Source of the DNA: Schaalia odontolytica
GTDB taxonomy: Bacteria; Actinomycetota; Actinomycetes; Actinomycetales; Actinomycetaceae
Length of the DNA: 32,000 bases
Assembly (NCBI RefSeq): GCF_005696695.1
Contig: NZ_CP040006.1
Span: 1,980,001 to 2,012,000, forward strand
Direction: 5' to 3'
In this document: one piece after another, positions 5,874 to 14,900 of the stretch
Layout of the letters: every line of letters begins with the position of its first letter
How positions within the stretch are numbered: the first letter of the stretch is position 1
The notes under the pieces: model-generated
The model's database searches: none
What the model was told of the DNA's origin: nothing
Seen by the model: only the letters and a program-made list of their open reading frames with translations
Translations under genes and position numbers: made by a program

Positions 5874-6854
5874 CTATTGGGCGCGTCGCGCGTCCAGGAC
5901 GGCATCCAGGTCGAGGGCGACGGCCTGATCGGCGACGACCTCGGCGGTGGAGCGGGCGCCCACCTGGGCAGTTTGGGCGATCGGGCGAGCCGGGACGGCG
6001 GCGGCGATGCGCGGGATGCCGCGCAGGTCGGTGTCGGCGTGGACGATGCGGCCGCGCACGCGCTCGCGCGAGGCGTAGGTGGGTGCAGGGATCGGCGCGA
6101 CGGTCCAGGCTCGGGCCGGGGTGTCAGCGACCTCAACGACCTCGGGAACCTCGACGTTGAAGACGAGGGAGGGCACGGAGCCGGTCTGAGGCTCGGACGC
6201 CTCGACCACCTCGGCGACCTCTTCCAATGAAGAGGAGGAAGACGAAGCCTGAGTCTCCGCAGGGGCAGCGGCGGTGGCGCGCCCAGCGCCGCGCACGTCG
6301 CCGCGAAGCTTGGTCAGCAGCTCGAGCTCACGCTCGGAGGCGCGCTGGGAACGCACGGCGGCGACGCGGGAGGTAGCCAGGGATGCGACGAGCGCGGCGG
6401 CCGGGATGGCGATCCACGCCCACGCGATAGAGGTCGCCGCGATGACAATGCCGAGCGCGACGGTTGCGAGCGCACACACGCCGGTAACAACCATGCGGCG
6501 GCGGCCGGCGGCGCTTTCGGCGGCAAGACGGGCGGCGCGGCGGGCGCGCAGCTTCGCGATCTCACGAACCGCCTTGTTGTTGCGACGGTCGATAACGGGA
6601 CGCGTGCGCCCCGTGGTGCCCTGGTGCATGCTGCCTCCGCTCATCAACGCGCCCCGCGCCAGGATGGTTCCGCTGGCGTGGTCGCATGTGTCTAATTCTG
6701 GCTCATTCGTGTGGATCATGCGCAGCCTCGGAGAGAAACGGTCAATTTCTCGAGACTGAACGATTGCTGTCCTGCGTGCAACGAGCGACGGTACCGTCGC
6801 GATGAGCGCGACGAATATCGCTGCAATGACGAGTCCACCAATCTCCACCCTCAC
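5874..6854 (-). CDS. Conserved actinobacterial membrane protein, positional equivalent of M. tuberculosis Rv0996 (possibly GlpR-like)
   Basis: It has an N-terminal TM segment (GGLVIAAIFVALIATVPSLVARR), a basic stretch, two further TM segments (VVTGVCALATVALGIVIAATSIAWAWIAIPAAALVASLA) and a long low-complexity tail. It sits directly after rimJ, as in the mycobacterial locus. The GTG start at 6854 is uncertain. Confidence 0.65.
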   Translation of the reverse strand: MRVEIGGLVIAAIFVALIATVPSLVARRTAIVQSREIDRFSPRLRMIHTNEPELDTCDHASGTILARGALMSGGSMHQGTTGRTRPVIDRRNNKAVREIAKLRARRAARLAAESAAGRRRMVVTGVCALATVALGIVIAATSIAWAWIAIPAAALVASLATSRVAAVRSQRASERELELLTKLRGDVRGAGRATAAAPAETQASSSSSSLEEVAEVVEASEPQTGSVPSLVFNVEVPEVVEVADTPARAWTVAPIPAPTYASRERVRGRIVHADTDLRGIPRIAAAVPARPIAQTAQVGARSTAEVVADQAVALDLDAVLDARRAQ

Positions 6855-6938
6855 AAAGTACGGGCGTTTGTGGCGCTGCGCTTTGTGCGATGGGCGCGTG
6901 TCGGGGTCTCAAACCTTTCGGTAAAAAGAGAAGTAATC

Positions 6939-6955
6939 ACAGGTGTCACACCTGT
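6939..6955. promoter_or_regulatory. Perfect 17-bp palindrome ACAGGTGT-C-ACACCTGT, a candidate operator
   Basis: It lies 85-100 bp upstream of the membrane-protein start (6854), in the 182-bp gap after rimJ. The binding protein is unknown. Confidence 0.3.
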
Positions 6956-7036
6956 AACATCTGCACCATTTGCACCACCGCGCGAGGCCTCAAGCTCCGG
7001 ATAGGCAGACCTCAGGGAGAGAATAAACGACGCCGC

Positions 7037-7735
7037 TCAGTCGATCGCCGAACTCCCCCACCGGCGCCGCACGAGGCCGCCCTCGGGCAGGGACTCAGCA
7101 TCAATAAAGAACGCAATATGGTCCGCCCACTGGCCACCGATGTGCATGAAGCGCGGACGCAGCCCTTCTTCCACGAGGCCGAGGCCTCGGCACACGCCCA
7201 GGGAACGCTCGTTCTCGGGACGCACGCACACTTCGACGCGATGCAGCCCCAACTCGCCGACGACGAGGTCGAGAACGAGTGCCGCGACCAGGGAACCCAG
7301 GCCTCGGCCCGACCATTCGGAGACGATCCAGTAGCCGAGCATGCCCGACGACATCGCACCCCAGTGCACATTGGAGACGGAGAACTGGCCGACGAAGCGC
7401 CCGTCGATCTGCACGCCAAAAATCAGACCGGTCCCCTCGCGATGATCGCGATCCGCGCGACGCATGTACTGCGAGAACGTCGGGATATGTTCGAGCGTAT
7501 CCGGGGGCAGGGTCGCCTCCCACGGGCGCAGCCAGTGCCCGTCGGTGCGGCGCACGGCATCGAGCGTGCGGTGTTCCTCGCCGCGCACGGGGCGCACGAC
7601 GAGCTCGCGCGGGCGCGGATTCGACTCGGTGCCGCTGCGCAGGAAGCCGCGGCCCACCGGGTCGGCCACGCGCAGCGTGAGCATCTCAATGTCGCGGCCC
7701 CACACGCACCGGGGACGACGAAGGAAGCATTTCAT
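7037..7735 (-). CDS. rimJ: GNAT-family N-acetyltransferase, RimJ/RimL type
   Basis: GQFSVSNVHWGAMSSGMLGYWIVSEWSGRGLGSLVAALVLDLVVGELGLHRVEVCVRPENERSLGVCRGLGLVEEG is a typical acetyl-CoA-binding core. Start choice: the ATG at 7733-7735 overlaps the moeA stop as ATGA. An alternative start is the ATG at 7684. Confidence 0.8.
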   Translation of the reverse strand: MKCFLRRPRCVWGRDIEMLTLRVADPVGRGFLRSGTESNPRPRELVVRPVRGEEHRTLDAVRRTDGHWLRPWEATLPPDTLEHIPTFSQYMRRADRDHREGTGLIFGVQIDGRFVGQFSVSNVHWGAMSSGMLGYWIVSEWSGRGLGSLVAALVLDLVVGELGLHRVEVCVRPENERSLGVCRGLGLVEEGLRPRFMHIGGQWADHIAFFIDAESLPEGGLVRRRWGSSAID

Positions 7736-8958
7736 TCGAGGACCAGGCACTGCAGGCGGTCACCCGCGCGCACCGTCGTCACGTCCTCGGGCACGACGGC
7801 GAGCGCGTTGGAGTCCGCGAGCGCGGACAGCAGCAACGAGGCCGGGGTTCCCATGACGGCGGCGTTGTAGCCGGAGCGGGGGGAGCCGGTGAGGCGCACG
7901 CGCACGAACTCGCGGCGGCCTCGCGGGGAGTACCAGGAGCGGTCGATGGCGGCGCGCACGACGGGACGGTTGACGGCGGTCCAGCCCTGCATGTGGCGCA
8001 GCGCGGGGCGGACGAACACCTCGAAGCAGACCTGGGCGGAGACGGGGTCGCCGGGCAGGCAGACGATGGGAGTGCCGGGCTGTCCGTCCTCGGCGCCGAC
8101 GGTGCCCACACCCATGATGTGGCCGGGCCAGGCGGCGACGTTGTCGAAGCGGACGGTACCGAGCGCGCCGAGGACCTCACGCACAGTGTCGCCACTGCCG
8201 TAGGAGATGCCGCCGGTCGTCAGGATCAGGTCCGCGCGCACCAGCTGGTCCTCGATGGTCTCGCGCAGGCGGGCGCGCTCATCCGGGACGGCGGCGACGC
8301 GGAAGGTCTGTGCGCCGGCGTCGGCAACAGCGGTCGACAGGGCGTGACCGTTCGCGTCGAAGACGGTGCCGGGGCGGGCCTCGCCGCCGGGCTCGACGAT
8401 CTCGTCGCCGATCGAGATGATGACGACGCGCGGGCGCGGGTGAACCAGCACGCGGTCGCGGCCCACGCCGGCGAGGAGCGCCATCTGGCGGGCACCGATT
8501 CGCGTGCCGGAGCGCAGCACCGTGTCACCCTGCGCAACATCCTCCGCGCGGCGGCGAATGTTCTCGCCGTTGGCGGGGGCGGTACGCAGGGCGACCTGGG
8601 CGATGCCGTGATCCGTGAACTCGAGGGAGACCACCGCCTCGGCGCCGGAGGGCATGGGCGCGCCGGACGCGATGCGGATCGCGGTGCCGGGCACGAGGGC
8701 CGCCGGGTCGACGGCGCCAGCGCGGATCTCCTCGGTGACGGGAAGCGTCACCGGCGACTCCAGGGTGGCTCCCTCGCAGTCACGGATGCGAACGGCGTAT
8801 CCGTCGCACGCCGACAGGTCGGCGACCGGGAGGTTGAAGGGGGCCTGCACGTCCTCTGCGAGCACGCAGCTGACCGCGTCAGCGAGCTGAACGTCGAGCG
8901 GCGGCAGCGCGTGGGCAACGGCCATGCAGTCCTGGTAGAAGTCGGCAACGCTTCGCAT
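7732..8958 (-). CDS. moeA: MoeA/gephyrin-family protein (molybdopterin molybdotransferase fold; possibly the division-associated Glp paralogue)
   Basis: Full-length MoeA architecture is present (SACDGYAVR, central MoCF-binding domain ...LILTTGGISYGSGD...). The start lies 5 nt after the galU stop. Confidence 0.88.
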   Translation of the reverse strand: MRSVADFYQDCMAVAHALPPLDVQLADAVSCVLAEDVQAPFNLPVADLSACDGYAVRIRDCEGATLESPVTLPVTEEIRAGAVDPAALVPGTAIRIASGAPMPSGAEAVVSLEFTDHGIAQVALRTAPANGENIRRRAEDVAQGDTVLRSGTRIGARQMALLAGVGRDRVLVHPRPRVVIISIGDEIVEPGGEARPGTVFDANGHALSTAVADAGAQTFRVAAVPDERARLRETIEDQLVRADLILTTGGISYGSGDTVREVLGALGTVRFDNVAAWPGHIMGVGTVGAEDGQPGTPIVCLPGDPVSAQVCFEVFVRPALRHMQGWTAVNRPVVRAAIDRSWYSPRGRREFVRVRLTGSPRSGYNAAVMGTPASLLLSALADSNALAVVPEDVTTVRAGDRLQCLVLE

Positions 8959-8963
8959 AGTTC

Positions 8964-9887
8964 TTAGTCCTCGAGCTTGGAGCGCAGGAACTCCTTGAGT
9001 TCCGCTCCAAGCGCCGGGTCCTCAAGGGCGAGCGTGACGTTAGCTTCGAGGTAGCCGAGTTTGTCCCCGGTGTCGAAGCGTCGCTCGTCGATGACTACAC
9101 CGTACAACCCTCCACCCTCTTCTTCGGGGAGGTCGATCATGCGCGCGTACCCATCTGTGAGCTGATACTCACCGCCGGCGCCCGGTTCGATGTTCTCGAG
9201 GGCCGTGAACACGGCCGGGTCGAGCAGGTAGCGGCCGACGACCGCGTACTCGGACTTGACCTCTTCGAGCGGGGGCTTCTCGGTGACGTCGGTGATGCGC
9301 ATGAGCTGGCCCTCTTCGAGGTCGACGCCCTCGGGGATCGGCAGGACCTCAACGGCGGTCGACGCGTAGGCGGTGGCCTGCTCGGGGGTGACCTTCAGCA
9401 GGGCAACGACGGTGCCGCCCAGGGCTGCGCGCACCTGGATCATCTTGCGCAGCAGCTGCGAGCCGGGCTCCATCAGGTCGTCGGGCAGCAGGACCGCGCA
9501 GGGGGCGTCGCCCACGTGGGACTTGGCCTGCAGGATCGCGTGGCCGAGGCCGAGGGGGTGGCCCTGGCGCACGGAGTGGACGCGCGCGTACTTCTTGTAC
9601 TCGTTGACGTACTCGAGGGCCTTCTCCTTGCCGGCCTTCTCCAGGTCGGCCTCGAGGCCGGGTTCGGCGTCGAAGTAGTCTTCGATCGACTGCTTGCCGG
9701 CGCGGGTCACGAAGAGGATGTCTTCGATCCCGGCGTCCGTGGCCTCGCGCACGATGTACTCGATCGAGGGACGGTCGACGACGGGCAACATTTCCTTGGG
9801 CACGGACTTCGTGATGGGCAGGAAGCGGGTTCCGCGACCGGCCGAGGGAACGACGGCGTGCACTACGGGCTGGTTTTTATCTGACAT
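8964..9887 (-). CDS. galU: UTP--glucose-1-phosphate uridylyltransferase
   Basis: AVVPSAGRGTRFLPITKSVPKEMLPVVDRPSIEYIVREA and VRQGHPLGLGHAIL are hallmark motifs. Confidence 0.95.
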   Translation of the reverse strand: MSDKNQPVVHAVVPSAGRGTRFLPITKSVPKEMLPVVDRPSIEYIVREATDAGIEDILFVTRAGKQSIEDYFDAEPGLEADLEKAGKEKALEYVNEYKKYARVHSVRQGHPLGLGHAILQAKSHVGDAPCAVLLPDDLMEPGSQLLRKMIQVRAALGGTVVALLKVTPEQATAYASTAVEVLPIPEGVDLEEGQLMRITDVTEKPPLEEVKSEYAVVGRYLLDPAVFTALENIEPGAGGEYQLTDGYARMIDLPEEEGGGLYGVVIDERRFDTGDKLGYLEANVTLALEDPALGAELKEFLRSKLED

Positions 9888-9927
9888 ACTTCACAGAGTA
9901 GCGAAAAAACGGCCCGAAAGGGAGACG

Positions 9928-10572
9928 ATGGCCACAAAAACAACTCTCCGCGCGGAGGTGCGTAGCAGGCGCCGCGCTCGGCGCGTCGGCACGCCCGCAG
10001 TCGAGGCCCTGTCCACCCCGGAATTCATCCCCTCCCCCATTCCCGTTCGCGACCGCGCCGAAGCGTCAGGGATCGCTCGCCAGATCCACGCCCTGGCCTC
10101 GTCGATGGGCGGAGTCGCCCTGCCCGCGCTGTTCGTACCCACCCCCCTCGAACCCGACATATCCCTCACGCTCGGACTGTTTGAACGCGCGCTCCTCCCG
10201 GTCCTCCTCGACGAGGCCGGGGCTCCCCTCGGCGCACCGCGCTGGGGACTGTGGGAGGCGGGCCGGGCGTTGGTAACGCTTGGGCGCCCTCCCGCTCAGC
10301 CGGACGGCGAGGCACGGGGCGCGAAGTCGCTCAAGGAGGCAGATCTGATTGTTACTCCTGCGCTCGCCGCATCGGCGGACGGGACACGTCTCGGCCAGGG
10401 CGGAGGCTGGTACGACCGCGCCCTCATGCACCGCTCCCCCGGCGTGCCGGTCGTTGCTGTGGTTTTCGACGACGAGGTACTGGAGCCCGGAATAATTCCT
10501 GCGGAGCCTCACGACGTTCCCGTCGACGCGATTGTGACGCCGACACGCACGATCACAACAAGCGTCCGATAG
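9928..10572 (+). CDS. 5-formyltetrahydrofolate cyclo-ligase
   Basis: The start is at MATKTTLRAEVRSRRR (ATG at 9928, preceded by AAAGGGAGA). The C-terminal motif is TPALAASADGTRLGQGGGWYDRAL. It diverges from galU as in M. tuberculosis Rv0992c/Rv0993. Confidence 0.85.
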   Translation: MATKTTLRAEVRSRRRARRVGTPAVEALSTPEFIPSPIPVRDRAEASGIARQIHALASSMGGVALPALFVPTPLEPDISLTLGLFERALLPVLLDEAGAPLGAPRWGLWEAGRALVTLGRPPAQPDGEARGAKSLKEADLIVTPALAASADGTRLGQGGGWYDRALMHRSPGVPVVAVVFDDEVLEPGIIPAEPHDVPVDAIVTPTRTITTSVR

Positions 10573-10865
10573 GCCTTTTTGCCATGTTTTTCCTGTTAAT
10601 GACAACGCCGACAGTCGTTTGTCACACACCTCTCACAACGGACTGTTCGGCGTAAATCCGCAGCTCGCTGACCGAATTACAAAAAGTGCGACGAAGATTA
10701 CCCCCTAATCACTATCCTTAAGACAAAAGTCCCCACTAGTGTTTTCAACGGTAAACGAGCGCCGACGCGGCGCGCGCTCCCCGGCGGCACAGAGCCGCCA
10801 CGCCGAGGCACTTCGGCGATCCAGAATTGCCGGCCCGGCCGGCCTCATTCAACACAGGAGAAGCC

Positions 10866-11264
10866 ATGCTCAAGGGATTCAAGGAATTCATCTCTCGCGG
10901 TAACGTCGTCGAGCTCGCCGTCGGTGTCATCATCGGTGCCGCCTTCAAGAACATCGTCGACGCCCTGGTCGACGGCATCATCAACCCGCTGATCGCGGCC
11001 GTCATCGGCAAGCACGATTTCTCGGACGCCTTCATCCTCACCCTGAACGGTACCGACGTGAAGTTCGGCCTGCTGATCACCGCCGTCATCAACTTCCTCC
11101 TCATGGCCCTCGCGATCTACTTCTGCATCGTTGTGCCCATGAACGCCCTCAACGCTCGCCGCAAGAAGGCTGAGGACGAGGCTCCCGAGGCCGAGGTCTC
11201 CGACGAGGTCAAGCTCCTCACCGAGATCCGCGACGCCCTCGCCCAGGGCACGCCGCGCCGCTGA
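10866..11264 (+). CDS. mscL: Large-conductance mechanosensitive channel
   Basis: MLKGFKEFISRGNVVELAVGVIIGAAFKNIVDALVDGIINPLI is the canonical MscL N-terminus. The ATG at 10866 is preceded by ACAGGAGAA. Confidence 0.95.
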   Translation: MLKGFKEFISRGNVVELAVGVIIGAAFKNIVDALVDGIINPLIAAVIGKHDFSDAFILTLNGTDVKFGLLITAVINFLLMALAIYFCIVVPMNALNARRKKAEDEAPEAEVSDEVKLLTEIRDALAQGTPRR

Positions 11265-11295
11265 GCATTTGTTCCCTCCTCGTGAGGGACACGGT

Positions 11296-11331
11296 GGGGC
11301 CGATGCGATTGCATCGGCCCCGCCGTTTTGT
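11296..11331 (+). terminator. Rho-independent terminator of mscL
   Basis: GGGGCCGATGC-gatt-GCATCGGCCCC followed by GCCGTTTTGT. Confidence 0.65.
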
Positions 11332-11616
11332 ATGAGCATGAGAGCACCGCTCGGGCGTCCCAGGGTTCTCTCCCCGCTGATCCTCCTCCGCTGATCCTCC
11401 CCCACTGAAGTACCCGATCGCACATACTTCCCCGCAAATGTTGCACGTAATTCAACCCGGTCACTTTTGAGCATCCCGAAAAAACGTTGGAATTGCAGCG
11501 ACGTGATTTCAAGACCTGAAATAGTCAGCGAGGAATTACGTGCGAGATTGGGGGAACGACAGGGTCGAGCGACGAGCCACACCACAGGCCCACCGCTCGA
11601 ACAACTGGCGGCAGCC

Positions 11617-11719
11617 CCCGGATAACTGCGCATATCCGGATGGGTAAACAACATCCGGATAGGTAACGAAGATCCGGATAGCTTAATAACCTATCCGGAT
11701 GCGCATAACCTATCCGGAT
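11617..11719. repeat. Array of five perfect 8-bp palindromes ATCCGGAT at 11634, 11653, 11672, 11693 and 11712 (spacing 19/19/21/19 bp), plus a partial copy CCCGGATA at 11617
   Basis: Counted by hand. The units resemble ATCCGGAT(G/A)G..TAAC. The array lies in an AT-richer non-coding stretch between convergent transcription units. Confidence 0.8.
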
Positions 11720-11733
11720 GCGTGCCTACGCCC

Positions 11734-11955
11734 CTACGCCCGCGCCTGCGCGTGCGGCGGCACGTTCTCGAGCAGGCGCGCGTCGTTGGCGCCATCCCCG
11801 CGGTCGGGGGCGTCGGCCATGGAGCCGGGGCGCGTGTCCTCGGGGCGTACGCGATCCTCCCAGGAAGGCGGCAGGCCCTCCTCGATGAGGCGACGGTCCA
11901 CGTCGGACACGTAGCGGGCGACGCGGCGACGTTTGCGCGGCGTCGGCTCACTCAT
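11734..11955 (-). CDS. Small hypothetical protein, 73 aa (MSEPTPRKRRRVARYVSDVDRRLIEEGLPPSWEDR...NDARLLENVPPHAQARA)
   Basis: The ATG at 11953-11955 overlaps the stop of the 1398-aa gene by 8 nt (ATGAGTGA). G/C is strongly biased to third codon positions. It forms the C-terminal part of the ORF-track entry 11734..12933. No family recognised. Confidence 0.55.
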   Translation of the reverse strand: MSEPTPRKRRRVARYVSDVDRRLIEEGLPPSWEDRVRPEDTRPGSMADAPDRGDGANDARLLENVPPHAQARA

Positions 11956-14900
11956 CGGTGGAGTCCCCGGGCGCCGCGTCCTCGTCCGACGGCTCATCCG
12001 CATCCTGCACGCTCGCGGGCTTCGTGCGGCGCACGACGTTGCCCAGGACCGCGTCGGACTGGAAGCCGCGACGCGTGATGCCCAGGGCCTCGCGCAGCTC
12101 TTCGGCGGTCTCCAGGTCCGTGCGCTCGACGCCGTCAGAGCGCACCCAGGCGGCCATCTCGTCGAGCTGGTCGTCGGAGTAGGCGGCCAGCGGTAGCCCC
12201 TTGGCGATCGCGGGGCGCGGACCACGGTTTTCTTCGGAGGCGCGCTCCTTGCGCTTGATGGCGAGCAGCATGCCGGTGGTGTCCTCGTCGGCCTTCTTGC
12301 GACGCTTAGACTCCTCATCGAGGCCGTCGTCCAGCATCGGCATGCGCGGGGAGGCTGAAGCATCCGAGGCGTCGTCCTCTTCTTCGGCACCATCATCAGA
12401 GGAAGCCTCTTCCACGCGCTCTTCCACACGCTCGTCCGCGACCTCGTCATCGGCGATGCGCTCGGGTACCTCGACGGCGGGCTCGTCGTCGGTGGCGCGC
12501 AGCTTGTCGAGCGCGTCCAGGACGGCATCGACGACGAGAGATGCTTCCTTGTCGGGGTCGATGAACAGGGGCATCGACAGGGCGGTGTAGACCGCCCAGC
12601 CCTGGGCTTCGAGCCAGCGGGGACGGGCGCGGTCGCGCACGCGCTGGCTGGGCTCCGCCAGGTACTCCTCGTCGTCCGTGAGCACCGCGAGGAGCAGGCG
12701 CCCCGGAGATTCCGGGTGACCGATGGCGAGCGGAATCCGCATGCCGCCGGGGATACCGACGTTCGCGACGACCTCGAGGCCGCGCGAATACAGGTGCTCA
12801 GCGAGGTCGACGAGCAGGCGATCCGGCTCACCGGCCAGGACAGGCCAGGCGTCCATCCCCTCGCCCGCGTGCCCCTCGGCGATCTCCAGGAGGTCGACGA
12901 GCATACGCGCACCCTCGTGGCCGAGGCGGTCACGGTCGATCTCCTCGCTGTGCAGGGCAGAGACGAGCGTCAGGTCTCCGCGCACGACGCGCAGGACCTC
13001 GGCGAGCGCGTCCGCGCCCTCCTCGCTCGACAGGACGCCGAAGTCATGAATAACGCGCCCGTGCGGGGTCTTCGCGAACCCGACGGACAGGATGAGCGAT
13101 TCGCGGGTCAGGCCGGCCACCTGGTCGGGGCCGACGACGACGAAGGGTTCCGGCGTCGCGGGATCAAAGAACGAGGTCAGGCCAGGCTCGTCGGCCTTCA
13201 CGCTCTCCAGGGCTTCGCGGATGCGCTGCGCGTGTCGCTCGGACAGGGCGACGACCGCGAGGGAACGCTCCGGGGCCTCGACCGCGTGTTCGATGACGGC
13301 GTCGACGACTGCGCGCACCTCGGCGGCGGTCGATTCGATCGCATGCGCACCGGGTGCGGGCATGCCCGTCGCCTCCACCCAGCGGGCGGACACGGGCGCG
13401 TTCGAGGCAGTCCACGGGACGGGGATACCGGCGTGCTCGTAGCCGTACCGGGCGAGCAGCAGGGCCACCTGATCGTTGAGGCGGCGTGGACCGGGCTCGA
13501 CACGCACGACCGGCAGGACATCAGCCAGCTCGCGGGTCGCGCCGCCTTCCGAGGCACCCGTCAGATCGTCGATCACGACCAGCTGGTGGCCGCGTGCGAT
13601 GATCGGTGCCAGCTCGGCGAGCGGCAGGCCGTCAGCGCCGTCCAGGACGACGACGTCGACGGTGCGCCCCGTCGGCGCGAGGGCCGGAACCATCGAGGGC
13701 ACCGTCATGAGGACGGGCAGCAGGTGGCGCACGAGCGGGTACGACGCGAGCAGGTCCAGGTCGGAGGGAGCCGTTCCGTCGGCGAGCAGGTCTCGCAGCT
13801 CCTCGTACTGGCTGGGGCGGGCCGCCAGGGCGTTGGTGCGGATTCGGCGCACGCCCGTGATGGCCTGCGGGATGAGAGAGGCCACCTGGGCCTCGTCGAG
13901 CTCGCACCCCTCGCGCAACAGTTCCTCGAGGGAGGCGGGGTCCACTCCGCCGAGCGCGGGCTGGGAGGCGAGCATGGCGCGCAGCAGCGAGGCCCACCAC
14001 GCGAGGTCGAGCTCGGTGTCGATAGCGGCGTCCTCGACCTCACGATCGGCGAGGTCCTGGGCGAGCTTGTCGAGGCCGTGGGCGGCCAGGCGCTCGCGCA
14101 TCTGCAGGCGCGCGGGCACCTCGCGGGCGGCGGAGGTGTCGCCGGCCCAGCGTTCGATGAGGGTCGTCAGGCGCTGCAGGTGGGTACCCACCAGGTCCGG
14201 TTCCTCGGCCACGAACACGGGGGCGATCGCGTCGAGGTCGTCACGCACGGCATCCGTCAGGGCTGAAATCTCGCCGATCTTCGCGGGCAGGATGGGCCAC
14301 GAGTCGTCGCCGCAGACCGCGCACCACGCGTCGCGGCGCTCCTGAACGCGAATGAGGGCACGGTGCAGGTCGGGCACATGGACGCCCGGGCGCACGAGGT
14401 CCTGAGCTTGCTTGACGAGGCGGTTGCGCTCGGAGCGGCCCATCGAAATATCGTGGTCCTTGCGCCACTGCTTGGGCGCGGTCGCAATCACCATGTCGGC
14501 GGCGCTGCGCTCGAACACGCGGGGCAGGAAGACGTCGAGGACGTCGGCGATGCCATCGAACATGGCGAGCTGGCGGTCCCACTGGGCGAGCGTGCCGGCG
14601 GGCTTGATGCCGGCCTCGCCGGCGACGGCCGCGATGTGCACGCGCAGCTCGGGCAGGGTCTTGGAGAGGCGGTCGACGCGCAGCAGCACGTCGGAAGCCT
14701 GCTCGTCGGAGGTCAGGACAGCGTTGCCCCACGCGGAGGAGGCGGAGCCGCTGAGGGTTCCAGATGCCAGGGCCTCGCGCAGCAGGGCGCGGGCACTCTC
14801 ACCCTGATCAACCGCGATGTCGTAGAGGGTCTTTTCGTCCAGGCGCACGCGGGTCGTGGGCGGGTTCTCCCCGCTCGTGAGGTCGGTGAGGGCACGCAGC

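Noticed and set aside
10573-10865. An expected small FmdB-type zinc-ribbon gene between 5-FCL and mscL, as in some actinobacterial versions of this cluster.
   Set aside because: No frame on either strand gives a CxxC...CxxC zinc-ribbon ORF. The interval looks like an AT-richer promoter region for mscL.
12716-14266. The long plus-strand ORF (516 aa) and similar ones opposite confirmed genes: 14363..15154, 15176..16030, 16173..17141, 17548..18618, 18158..19579, 22794..24362, 7993..8967, and 26512..27489 on the minus strand.
   Set aside because: These are typical high-GC shadow ORFs. Their products are low-complexity and rich in Arg, Gly, Asp and His with no recognisable motifs. Each lies antisense to a gene with clear family signatures.
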